Of a stretch of DNA of 64,000 bases, positions 37,301 to 48,157 are shown piece by piece. The DNA comes from Basidiobolus meristosporus CBS 931.73. Lineage: Eukaryota; Fungi; Basidiobolomycota. The translations under genes were made by a program, and so were the position numbers. Every line of letters starts with the position of its first letter. Positions within the stretch are counted from its first letter, which is position 1. The notes under the pieces were generated by a model. The model worked only from the letters and a program-made list of their open reading frames with translations, searched no databases and was not told where the DNA came from. The stretch is taken from NCBI GenBank assembly GCA_002104905.1, contig MCFE01000456.1, positions 8,096 through 72,095 of the forward strand, in the 5' to 3' direction.

Positions 37301-39028
37301 TCGCAGTGCTCCAAATTAGCTGGGGGATCAATTTTCACTCCAGAAATTAGCTGATCTTTGATCATTTTACGCAAATAATCAAAATTGATGTGTCCAAATC
37401 TCCTGTGCCAAAGCATTGGTGTTTCTTCATTTAAGTTACTTATATTGGCTTCCAAATATGATGGATTATAAGTCAACTTGTATAGATTCTGATCTCTGAT
37501 GCCTGAAGCAATATGGGCACCATTTTGATCAGTGATCCTGCATCCAGAATTGTCAAAACTGAAACTGAGTCATTCTGCTGTGGCCTTGCTTACAGAGAGT
37601 AGGTTCTTGGCTATTTCTGGTACATAGAGTACTTCTTTGAAGGTCAGTGTATGGCTTCCTTCACTGCTTCTAAGGTTTACTTGGATAGTTCCTTCTCCCA
37701 CTGCATCAAGTGTTCTATTGTCACCCATGAAAACCTTCTTAATTGGAATTTCTTGATATTGGGTAAAAAGTTCTTTTTGGTGTGTAAAGTGTTGAGAAGC
37801 TCCAGAGTCAATATACCACGTCTGAGAATCCTTGTTTGTGGTCATATTTAGTGCAGATATGAATAGTCTATCTTCAGTTGTTGCAGCATTTCCATATTCA
37901 GGCTTCTTTTGCTGATAATCTCTCTTTTTGAAACACCGGTCTGATGTGTGTCCTTTCCTTTTGCAGTAGTTGCAAAATAGGTTGCTGTCACTTTTGTAGG
38001 GTCTTGGGTACCTCCTTTGTTGGTTATCATTGCTTATTAAAGCATTTTCTTCTTCCTTCTTATTGGTGCTTGATTTTCTTAATTCTTCATCCAGGAGCCT
38101 TCCATATACGTAATTTAAGGTCAAATCTTCAGTTCTGAACTCTAGGGCTGATACAAGGCCCTGAAACTTGTCTGTCAGGCTATTCAGGATGGTAACTATC
38201 ACATCCTCATCAGTAGTTGGTACGCCCACAGATTCCGTCTCATCTACCAGCAGGGTAATTCTGTTAATTAGATTTTTCATTTCTTCTCCTGGCAGCATCT
38301 TTGTAGTAAAGAATTTTCTTCTCAGATACATTTTCTTGGCAGCTGAACATGACTGGTAGGTGTCTTCTAATGCCTTCCAGGCATTCTTTGCTGTTTTTGC
38401 TCTTGAGCATTGAATTAGCAATTTGTCCTTGACATTAAGGCAAATGCAGTTAAAGGCACTTTGTTCTTTCTTCTGGTACTTTAAGGCTTCCTCTCCCACG
38501 TTTTTAGGAGGGCATTCTTCTCCCATGACAATATCCCAAAGGCCTCTTTCTTGTAGCAGCATCTTCATCTTCACCTTCCACACTTGTAGTTAGAGCCATC
38601 CAACTTTTTAGCAGAGGGAAAAATTCCAGTAATAGCAGTAGTAGACATTGCAGAGAGTGACAGCTTGGGGCTCATAACCTGTTGTAAGAGCCTTGGGGAT
38701 ATTGGAAGTGATTTGGAGAACAAGTAGATTATGTGGTTTTCACTTAATGATTTATTGAATGTAAAAGTAGTATTTATACTTTTACCTGGTCCTGGCATTA
38801 CAAGCACGTAGAATAGGTTAAGGAAGGTCCCAAGAACATGTGTGCAAAGTTTGGGGCTGTTTGGACAACTATGAGAATTTTCATGTTCTGGGTACCTGGT
38901 ATTTTGGTGAAAATATTCTAAGTAAATCCCAACAAGGAATTTGGTCAGTATTCTCTAGGATTTGAAGGTGATGATCTAAGTGACTAAGTTAGGTGAATAT
39001 TTAGGTGGAAATACGAATTTTTACAACA
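34346..39028 (-). mobile_element. Full-length Ty1/Copia LTR retrotransposon E1 (4683 bp)
   Basis: 349-bp LTRs at 38680-39028 and 34346-34694 with TG...CA ends and 12 substitutions between them; 5-bp TSD GCCTT at 34341-34345 and 39029-39033; PBS GGTTATGAGCCC at 38668-38679; PPT TGAGTGGGAG; domain order gag-PR-IN-RT-RH. Confidence 0.97.
34706..38648 (-). pseudogene. Copia gag-pol of E1, disrupted
   Basis: Zinc knuckle CNYCKRKGHTSDRC, protease WYIDSGASQH, GAG-pre-integrase LWHRRFGH, IN (HSDLCGP, FIDDYTR, SDNGGEY, QQNGVAE), RT YVDD, RNase H SDADW. Lesions: 1-bp loss near 38585, TGA at 37570, TAA at 37270, 1-bp loss near 35970. Confidence 0.95.
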
Positions 39029-40218
39029 GCCTTGAGTACCTGATATTTTAGTGAAAATATTTGAAGTAAATCCCAGCAAGGAATTTGGTTGGTATTCTCT
39101 AGGATTTGTAGATAATGATCTATGTAACTAAGTTAGGTGAATATTTAGGTGCAATTACAAATCTTTGCAACACTCCCACTCAACTAATTTCTCATACTGA
39201 CTAGTTGCAATTGTGACCCAAGTTATTCAAATTTGTCTCTAGCCAATGGTTTGGTAAGTATATCTGCAATTAACTCATCTGTAGGATGGGACACTAAGTT
39301 AACCAAGTTATTCTCTATAGCTTCACATATGAAATGATGTCTAATATCTATGTGCTTAGTTCTAGCATGAGAAGGTGGGCTTCTCCATTATTGTGTACAT
39401 ATTTGGTTATCTCAAAATAAAACATTAAATGCTTTTGACCTAAGTCTAAATCCTTAAGAAGTGTTCTTAGCCACATTGCTTTGTTTTAAACTTTGCATGC
39501 TGCCACATATTCTGCCTCTATGGTGGAAAGTGCTATGGTTAGAAGCTTTCTTGAATTCAAAGATATTACCCCTATACAGTAATGAAAGGTGTATCCTGTG
39601 GTGTATCCTCTGTCTTCTAAATATTATCCCCAGTCAGCATCAGAGTATCCAGCAGGTTCCTGTTCTGAATCCTAACAGGTGTACCTTAAGCAGGTATCAG
39701 TAGTTACTTTTAGGTAACTAAGAATCTGCTTGACTGCTACAATATGATCAGATCTAGAGTTCTAATTATGCTAGCTGAAAACTTCCACCAAATATGAGAT
39801 ATCTGGACATGTTCCATGTATGCTATACATCAGACTGTTGACCATAGATTGGTAAGGGAATTCTGGGCTTGAAGATAGCACCAATATCTCTTAATCTGGT
39901 TGACCATATTTGGTCCTGCAGGTAGATCTAATCTGGATCGGCCATCTGAATCCTGCTGAGAGACCACAATAATACCAGCAGCTTGGAATCAATGACCTTC
40001 TGCACAATCTTATAACAGGGTCACAACAGATTTTGCTAATTTTACTGCCAATTTAACTTAAAGAACATGACAGTGTTTAGGTGGTTTTTTGACAAGAGTT
40101 GTATGGCATTGTGACAGTCTTGATGCACTTTACAGCTATTTGAGCAAATCTAACTGGTCAGCACATCCAATTGCCTTATATGGCAAGAAATGTGATGATG
40201 TTTTGATGGCCTCATTAC

Positions 40219-40312
40219 TGCTATAAAATCTTAATTCCACCTAAATACTCTCCTAACTTAGTCACTTAGATTATTACCTTCAAATCCTAGAGAATACTGA
40301 GCAAATTACTTC
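40219..40312 (+). mobile_element. Family A Copia LTR 5' fragment
   Basis: CCACCTAAATA...CCTAACTTAGTCACTTAGAT...CCTTCAAATCCTAGAGAATACTGA matches the first about 90 nt of the family A LTR. Confidence 0.85.
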
Positions 40313-41496
40313 CTATGAGAAATTATTGTGATGATCCCATCAAAAGGCTGTCACAAACTTAAAGTTCTGTGACTAAGAGGTATTAATCCCATCAGGACAC
40401 TATGCAAAGACTGTCAAGAAATAATAGTATCCCAGATTTCACAAAAAACTTGGTCAAAATACTTCATCACAACAATACAAAAATGGCATTTAATCAGTTC
40501 TCTGCCAATTTTCTCACTTTCTGATTGCAGACACTCCATCACCTCCTACATTTGTGTGGATTGATTGGCTATTGCCTTTTTTTCACACTCCTACTTCCCA
40601 ACTCAACTGTTTTTCTTACATTTCATGCATACAAAATAATTTATTCCATTGAAACTTCAGTTGCACCTTAATAGCCAACTGTATTGACCTATGCAAGTCT
40701 CTAAACCCTATTCCGACATTAAGCCCAACCCCACACTCACCAGGTAAATCTATTGAAATCCACCAGTCAATAAGTATTTCTGCTGTAATGCTCTGTTTCC
40801 ATGACTTTGGGAGGAACCCTACAGCATTATGCCACTATTCATTCACTGGTTCACACATGCCCTGGTCTTCAGCCAGCACTGCAAGGTCTAGCACCTCATC
40901 TGCCAGTCTTTGCAATAAGTCCTTGCAATATTCCAGTGTGTTTTCTTGAGCACTGCTCTTGAAGAAGTGTGTAACCTCTTAGTGTGCCCGTCAATGTTCC
41001 AAAACTCCACTGAAGGCATTGTGATAGTCTTTCAAGGTCTTGAAGTTGTAGCCTTGTCTGTTAGTGGGATCTCCACACCATCAACAATGAAGGATATGGA
41101 GGCTGCAATAGACAAATTGCCTTTTTCAGCAAACTTATCTGCCTTGCTGGAGTGTAGCTCAACTGGCTGCGCTTCCAGCCCTTGTGAAAACAGCTGTTTT
41201 CTTGTTGGTAATTCTTCTTGGCTATGATGGGATTCAGTCTGTTCCTGACTTGCGGCATTAATTGGCAAGAACTGCAGTTTTTTTTGCATGCCTCCCTGTC
41301 TCAGGCTTGGGTAGACATTTTTACCTTTAAATTTTCCTTTATCACTACCAGGTCACTCACTGCTACTTTGTCTGAGTGCTTCTTGTAAGGAACTACATTT
41401 TCTCCTGGACAAATTCTGCTCTGATGCATCTTTTTGGCCTGCTTGTCCCTTACTAGCACTCTTCTGGCAGCCTGATGTTTCTTTTCCGCTTGTTTT

Positions 41497-44146
41497 TGTT
41501 GTAAAAATTTGTATTTCCACCTAAATATTCACCTAACTTAGTCACTTAGATCATCACCTTCAAATCCTAGAGAATACTGACCAAATTCCTTGTTGGGATT
41601 TACTTAAAATATTTTCACCAAAATGCCAGGTACCCAGAACATGAAAATTCTCAAAGTTGTCCAAACAGCCCCAAACTTTGCACACATGTTCTTGGGACCT
41701 TCCTTAACCTATTCTACGTGCTTGTAATGCCAGGACCATGCAAAAGTATAAATACTACGTTTACATTCAGTAAATCATTAAGTGAAAACCACAAAATCTA
41801 CTTGTTCTCCCAATCACTTCCAATATCTCCAAGACTCTCACAACAGGTTATGAGCTACTGCAATGAGAGTAAGGCATACAGACTCTACAATACCAAAGCA
41901 AAGAAGCTGATCAAGTCCAGGGATGTGTTGTTTGATGAAAATTCAAAATTTTCACAAAAAATGACATCAGATGATGACAAAAACTTGATCTCAAGTCCAC
42001 CAATTGTCAGGATTGAATCAGAGCAAAACAATGAAAGTTTTTTCACTCCAGAGGACTCTACAGCTGTGGTTCAGCCGGAATCAGTGCCCAGGAATATCCC
42101 AGAAGTGATCATTCCAGTATCAAATGCCCGGAGATCAAATCAGACAAGAAATAGCCCAAATTACTATATTAATGAGGGTACAAACTTAGCCTATGCCTAT
42201 TCAGTCCATATTGATGAACCCCAGACTGTAAAAGAGGCCCTAAATAGCCCTCAGACAAAGTTTTGGAGATCTGCAATGACTGAGGAATATCAGGCACTGA
42301 TGGAAAATCAAACTTGGGACTTAGTCAAATTACCAATCCACCAAAAATCAATTGGATGCAGATGGGTCTTCAAGACAAAATACAAGGCTGATGGTACAAT
42401 TGAAAGATACAAAGCAAGACTTGTAGCCAAAGGATACTCTCAAACAAAAGGACTTGACTATACTGAGACCTTTGCACCGGTAGCCAAGTTCAATTCCATC
42501 AGATTAATATTGGCTATTGCAGCCAAATATAAGTTTTTTATTCATCAAATGGATGTAAAAGCTGCATTTTTGAATGGAGAACTTGATGAGGACGTGTATA
42601 TGGACCAGCCTGATGGGTTTGTTGACCAAGATAACCCCCATTTGGTCTGCAAGCTTAAAAAGTCACTATATGGTCTCAAACAATCACCAACAGCCTGGAA
42701 TTGCAAGATAGATTCTTATTTGGAATCTTTGAGTTTCAAAAGGAGTAATGCTGACTATAGTATATACTATAAGCCAGATAGAGCAAATCCAGTTCTATTA
42801 GCTCTATATGTGGATGATCTTATTATAGCCGCCAATAACCTAGAAACATTGGAAGAAACTAAATCCAGCCTATCTAAGGAGTTCAAGATGTCTGATTTAG
42901 GAGAACTTAGTTACTACTTAGGGATTAAGTTCTTCATAGACAGAAGTACCCAGACTATTACCCTAAGCCAATCCAAGTATATTCAAGATATACTAAAGAG
43001 GTACAAAATGGAAGACTGTAAGCCAGCAGCCACCCCAATGGAGACAAACCTTAACTTGGTCAAAACTCAACCAAATCAAGAGAGCTTGGTGCCATCTGAA
43101 AGCCCTGACTTTCCTTATCAATCTATGGTCAGCAGTCTGATGTATATCATGCTTGGAACACGTCCAGATATCTCATATTCAGTGGGAGTTGTCAGCCAAC
43201 ATAATCAGAATTATGGATCTGATCATATTGCAGCAGTTAAGCGGATTTTTATATACCTAAAAGGAACTGCTGATATCTGCTTAAGATACACTTATAAGGA
43301 TTCAGAACAAGATCTTATGGGATACTCTGATGCTGATTGGGGACAAAATTTAGAAGACAGAAGATCCACCACAGGATACACCTTTCGTTACTGTAAAAGA
43401 GCCATTTCATGGAATTCAAGAAAGCAACCAACCGTAGCACTTTCTACTACAGAGGCAGAGTATATGGCAGCCTGTGAAGCTACAAAAGAAGCAATGTGGT
43501 TAAGAAAGCTGTTTACAGATTTAGGCCTATGTCAAAAAACACCTATTACTTTATTTCAAGATAATCAAGGATGTATACAATTAGGTAGAAATCCAACTTT
43601 TCATGCTAGAACCAAGCACATAGATATTAGACATCATTTCATACAAGAAGCTATAGAGAATAACCTAGTTAGCTTAGTTTACTGTCCTATAGATGAAATG
43701 ATTGCAGACATATTTACCAAACCATTAGCTAGAGACAAGTTTGAATATCTTAGGTCAAAATTAGGACTAGTCAGTATGAACATTTAGCTGAGTGGGAGTG
43801 TTGTAAAAATTTGTATTTCCACCTAAATATTCACCTAACTTAGTCACTTAGATCATCACCTTCAAATCCTAGAGAATACTGACCAAATTCCTTGTCGGGA
43901 TTTACTTAGAATATTTTCACCAAAATACCAGGTACCCAGAACATGAAAATTCTCAAAGTTGTCCAAACAGCCCCAAACTCTGCACACATGTTCTTGGGAC
44001 CTTCCTTAACCTATTCTACATGTTTGTAATGCCAAGACCAGGTAAAAGTATAAATACTACTTTTACATTCAATAAACATTAAGTGAAAACCACATAATCT
44101 ACTTGTTCTCCCAATCACTTCCAATATCTCCAAGACTCTTACAACA
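41497..44146 (+). mobile_element. Internally deleted Copia E2 (2650 bp), same family as E1
   Basis: LTRs at 41497-41845 and 43799-44146 (13 substitutions + 1 indel), TSD GTTTT at 41492-41496 and 44147-44151. PBS GGTTATGAGC joins directly to the post-integrase region (TACTGCAATGAG); gag, PR and the IN core are absent. Confidence 0.97.
41850..43787 (+). CDS. Uninterrupted Copia RT-RNase H ORF (645 aa from the PBS ATG)
   Basis: No stops; [58 protein letters not shown] are all present. 19 differences from E1 over the 412-aa RT-RH segment by manual comparison. Confidence 0.85.
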   Translation: MSYCNESKAYRLYNTKAKKLIKSRDVLFDENSKFSQKMTSDDDKNLISSPPIVRIESEQNNESFFTPEDSTAVVQPESVPRNIPEVIIPVSNARRSNQTRNSPNYYINEGTNLAYAYSVHIDEPQTVKEALNSPQTKFWRSAMTEEYQALMENQTWDLVKLPIHQKSIGCRWVFKTKYKADGTIERYKARLVAKGYSQTKGLDYTETFAPVAKFNSIRLILAIAAKYKFFIHQMDVKAAFLNGELDEDVYMDQPDGFVDQDNPHLVCKLKKSLYGLKQSPTAWNCKIDSYLESLSFKRSNADYSIYYKPDRANPVLLALYVDDLIIAANNLETLEETKSSLSKEFKMSDLGELSYYLGIKFFIDRSTQTITLSQSKYIQDILKRYKMEDCKPAATPMETNLNLVKTQPNQESLVPSESPDFPYQSMVSSLMYIMLGTRPDISYSVGVVSQHNQNYGSDHIAAVKRIFIYLKGTADICLRYTYKDSEQDLMGYSDADWGQNLEDRRSTTGYTFRYCKRAISWNSRKQPTVALSTTEAEYMAACEATKEAMWLRKLFTDLGLCQKTPITLFQDNQGCIQLGRNPTFHARTKHIDIRHHFIQEAIENNLVSLVYCPIDEMIADIFTKPLARDKFEYLRSKLGLVSMNI

Positions 44147-45521
44147 GTTTTGAGCTCTCAGCCATAGTTGTGCCAGGCTTCTGTAAAAGCAGCCAGTTTT
44201 TATCACTGCCAGGTCCTTCACTGCTGCTTTGACTGGTTGCTTCTTGAGTAGTACTACACACTTTCCTTGATAAATATTGTGCTGGTGCATCTGTGTCTGC
44301 CTGCTTGTCCCTTGTTGGCACACTTCCAGCTACCTGACATATCTTTGATGCTTGTCTAGAGCCTTTGGCCCTGCTTGTAACAGGCTCTTGAGGAAGCTGC
44401 TGGTTTTTAGCCATAGCACCCTTGTTCTTCTGCCTTTGATAGTTTCTGCTGTTCTTAAGATACTTTCTTGGCATAACAATACTGGCCCAAAGTCTGTTTG
44501 CCCATTTAAATCCAGAATATTGCTCATGGAACAAGTCAAATACATTCTGCTTGGCCTTGAGCTACTGACAGTCCCATCGTATGCTGGCCTTAAGGTGATG
44601 GTGTGATAGACTTCTGATGGCCTCTTCTATATTAGTCCACTCTTCATCATTGCACTCAACAGCTAGACATATCTTCAATGTCTTTTAATTTTTAGGCTTT
44701 GGTATAAACACCACATTTTTCTCCCTCCCAAGCTGTGATAGGCTTTTCTGTGGGCTTTATCTTTGGGTACTGTTGTTGTGCTTCAGAGAATGAATGGTGT
44801 TCCCCCACTTTTACATCAGGAAATGGCTCAATTCTTGGCTGTGACATTGAGCTACTTGAGTTCCTTCTTTGCAGCAAAGATACTGCTTTCTCTACCTGGG
44901 ATATTGATTGCTCTACACCTTTTATCTGCTCATTCTGTTTCTGAGCTATTTCCCAATTTTTCTGGGCCAATGCATCAATCCTGTTGGCCACTGCACCTAA
45001 TTGCCTCATTAATGCTTTGGTATGAGCTGACAACATACTTGCTAATATAGGTGGTGGTGATGTTATGACAGCCACTTGCTGGTCTTCAACTAAAGGTACT
45101 GCATTTGCTACTTTCTCATCTGCCTCAGCATTATGACCAGCTTGAGGCTCTGCAGAGATTCCAAATTGCCTGCTTGACTGAGAGCCTGAGGAGTCCATAT
45201 TACTCTCCTCAGTGGGTACACTTTCCACAGGGCTTTTTTTGGTTGAAGCCCTGCTTGTTGCACTGAATGTCAAAGCAAGCTGTTGTCCAACCATTCTTCT
45301 GCTGCTGTCAGCAATGGGGTTTAGTAGGGAACCAGGCCACTTTGCTCTATTTTTTGGCTGCATACATATGGAAGTGAGTTAAACCAAACAGGAAATAGTG
45401 TTACATATAAGTGTGTTTGTGGTAAACAACTTTATTTATAATGCTTACTCTGGCAGGTCATCATTAAATCTTATATTCAAGTAGGTGCAATGTCTCAATT
45501 ATAAGACTATCATTAGTTCAT

Positions 45522-46870
45522 ATGGGTATTGACAAAGAAATAATACACTGGTCTTACATTGTTGAGTGCCAAGTTGTTTATCCCATGGACAAGACTACTT
45601 TGATTCAACATTGGAAGAGAAGAGAAAAAAGACCATGTGGCTATTGTAGCAAGCCTCTCAGCCATGAAGCATGCAGACAGCAAAGGAAGTATTACAAGGA
45701 TCATGGCCAGTGTTTTGCCACCCAATTCATTCTTGACTACTCACTAGTCATTACTATACCAACAATATCTTGCCATCCACTTGATACTTCTACAATAGCA
45801 CCTGGCCATACTTGTCACCTTATGCAAGCTGAGTCAGATGAGGTAGTGACACCATTAGGCTCACCTCAGCCTTCTGAATATGGCATGCAGAGATATAGCT
45901 CTGAAGAAGCAGGCTCACTGATGAATTGTGAGCCTATCTCTCCTAACAACAGTTCCATGCATGAGCCCGGAAAAATCCCATTTTGCAATGAGACAACACC
46001 TGTGAAAAAAAATGCCATGGATAATTTATGGAGTCAAGTGAGCCCAGTAATTCATCTACTGATTAATGATGTGATGTTGTTGCCAGAGAAGTGGGGTACT
46101 TCCACTAATATCAGTAATGGAGGTTATGAGGATTTACTACAACATCTTGCCAAAATCATCCCAGGTTGCAACTTATTATGTACATGGTACAAGTAGACAG
46201 TCATCATGCAGCTGGCAACATATGACCCTGACACAGTCCTGATAGCAGCTTGTGCTAACAGTTGCATGGCATACACATCGGAAAATTCCACAATTGCAAG
46301 GTGTCCAACTTATCAGGAATCCACCACCATTGGGGGAAAGCATTGTGCACACTTTAGATATTTTCTGATAATACTCCATCTAAAGAAGCTCATGGAGCCC
46401 TACAAATATTGTGAATCTACAAAGTACCACACACAGTATCAATCAAGTGCAAACATTATAAACAGCAAAGAAGCAAAGGCTACTTTGAAGGTATGTATGA
46501 CCAAGCCTTTGCCTTGGCACTTGATGGATTCTTATTAAACAAGTACTCTACCATCAAATCCTGCTGGCCAGTGATTCTCATCAACCTGAATTTGCCACCT
46601 ATCTTATTGTATCAGAGCAGAAATCTGATTGCAGTTTCACTGGTATTTGGGCCTTAATCACTATTGAAACTGGATAGCTACTTGTAGCCATTGCTGGATA
46701 AACTTTGTATGCCTTCCAGCAGGATGACAGTAAGTGGCCATCATGTAAAGCTCATATTATTATCTGCATTGGAGATACCCAGCCATCAGCAAGATAGCTA
46801 AATTTTCCGGGCACAATGAACAGTACTGCTGTCAAATATGTAAGTTCCAGGGGACTAACTCCATACCTCA
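45522..46870 (+). mobile_element. CACTA/En-Spm (Transposase_21-type) transposase relic
   Basis: ISNGGYEDLL, IAACANSCMAY, RCP, FRYF, ALALDGF, CWPVILINLNLPP, NLI...GP, LDSYL*PL, AISKIAKFSGHN..CCQIC, with stops and frameshifts. Confidence 0.8.
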
Positions 46871-47048
46871 CACACTGTATTATTACCCAAACACCAACAC
46901 TAAGAACATCATCTTCCTGCAGAGTGAATGTCCAGAAGTCAGCATGCAATTGCAGCAAAGTTGACAAATTATTAGCCATTGGTGAGAATATGAAATCAAT
47001 TGGGAGTAACAAAATCAGGAAGAACTGACCAAGCCACCTGAAAACATC

Positions 47049-48157
47049 ATGCTTAAAAGAAACACCTTGATACTTGAGAGCTTAAAGCTTGCCAAGACAA
47101 GATCTGACAATCATTGTAGAGATGAACTCCTTGAAGTTATATCTGATTACCAAGATGAAATTGGAATTATCAAAGAAGCTCAGGATAATATTACCATAGT
47201 AATTAACAGCATTGAGAATCCACCAAGCCTTGCTCTGCATCAGCCACCATGAAGTCATGCCTTGGGATGCTCCAGATCTACATCTCTATCTAGACCTGTG
47301 CTGGTGGTTGTACCAACATCCTTGCCTCTTTATACTGAAAAAGCCAATGTCATAAAGAATCCTATGGAGTTTCTCTACAAGTTTAGCCATCTCTTAGCTG
47401 CACACCAACTAGAACACAACACCAATTGGGCAAGACTTCTGCCTCTCTGTCTCACCATGCAAGATGCTGACTGGGCTGAGGTGAACATTCCTTCCAATAG
47501 CACATGGAAGATTGCCCAACACCTCTTTTGCAGCCATTTCAAAGATCTTCTTAAGAAAGCATATCTGAGCTACAACTTATGGAAAACTAAAATGCAAAAA
47601 GGTGACTCTGTGACACACTTCTGTGACTGATTCCATAGACATATGAGGTTTGCTGGAGTTGGTGATGATAATCTGTTGCTTACAGCTCATTTTCATTGAA
47701 CTTTTCACACCAACTACAGAGCAATATTGCTATAGTCAAAGCTTGCAAACCTGCATGTACTTATGACAGGATCTCAGAGATATGTAGACTTGCATTCACC
47801 ATAACTGCAGCTGCTTGCCAGACTTCTGGTATCCCCACTCAAGATCAAGTAACAGCAAGAAAAGAAACCAGTCATGTGACCAAGAAGAAGTCAACCTCTA
47901 CCAAGCACTCTGAGCTTCACAGAAGATGCTATCATTCTACTGGTGAATGCAAAGGCATGACCCAGCAGTCATATATATCAGGAAACCTCTCTGAGAAGCA
48001 GCATAACATCAAAACTGCTAACTTGTCCACCAATGATAAAAGCTTTAAATGTGGAAGGATGGGACATAGATCACCTACCTGTTCCAAGAACTCTACACCA
48101 TTGGCAAAAGTTACTCAGATCCTAGAAGATCCTTCAACCAATGTTATGACAGTATGA
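47049..48157 (+). mobile_element. Ty3/Gypsy-type gag relic
   Basis: VPTSLPLY...PMEFLYKFSHLLAAHQLE...WARLLPLCL...W...W...F retrotransposon-gag pattern and a degenerate zinc knuckle SFKCGRMGHRSPTC; contains stops and frameshifts. Confidence 0.65.

Larger units (their letters stand above)
34140..39905 (-). mobile_element. Older Copia (family A) 3' end: RNase H relic + PPT + 3' LTR, split by a younger copy
   Basis: LTR halves at 34140-34345 and 39029-39172 rejoin colinearly. PPT (plus-strand CTCCCACTC) at 39173. Degenerate RNase H (GYSDADWG*) at about 39180-39900. Confidence 0.85.
40380..45363 (-). pseudogene. Degenerate transposon-associated ORF(s), interrupted by Copia E2; class uncertain
   Basis: Open 223-aa stretch with coiled-coil-like segment (44692-45363), then stop- and frameshift-riddled protein-like frames (EEWTNIEEAIRSL...FKWANRLW; LLQRLADEVLDLAVLAE). 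CpG-poor and head-to-head with a CACTA transposase relic. Confidence 0.4.

Noticed and set aside
40600-41030. WNIDG / DLAVLAE (LINE endonuclease-like), DWWISIDL (DIRS RT-like) and LLFLDS (pogo-like) motifs
   Set aside because: Mutually incompatible assignments from short motifs in different frames; left as an unclassified relic.
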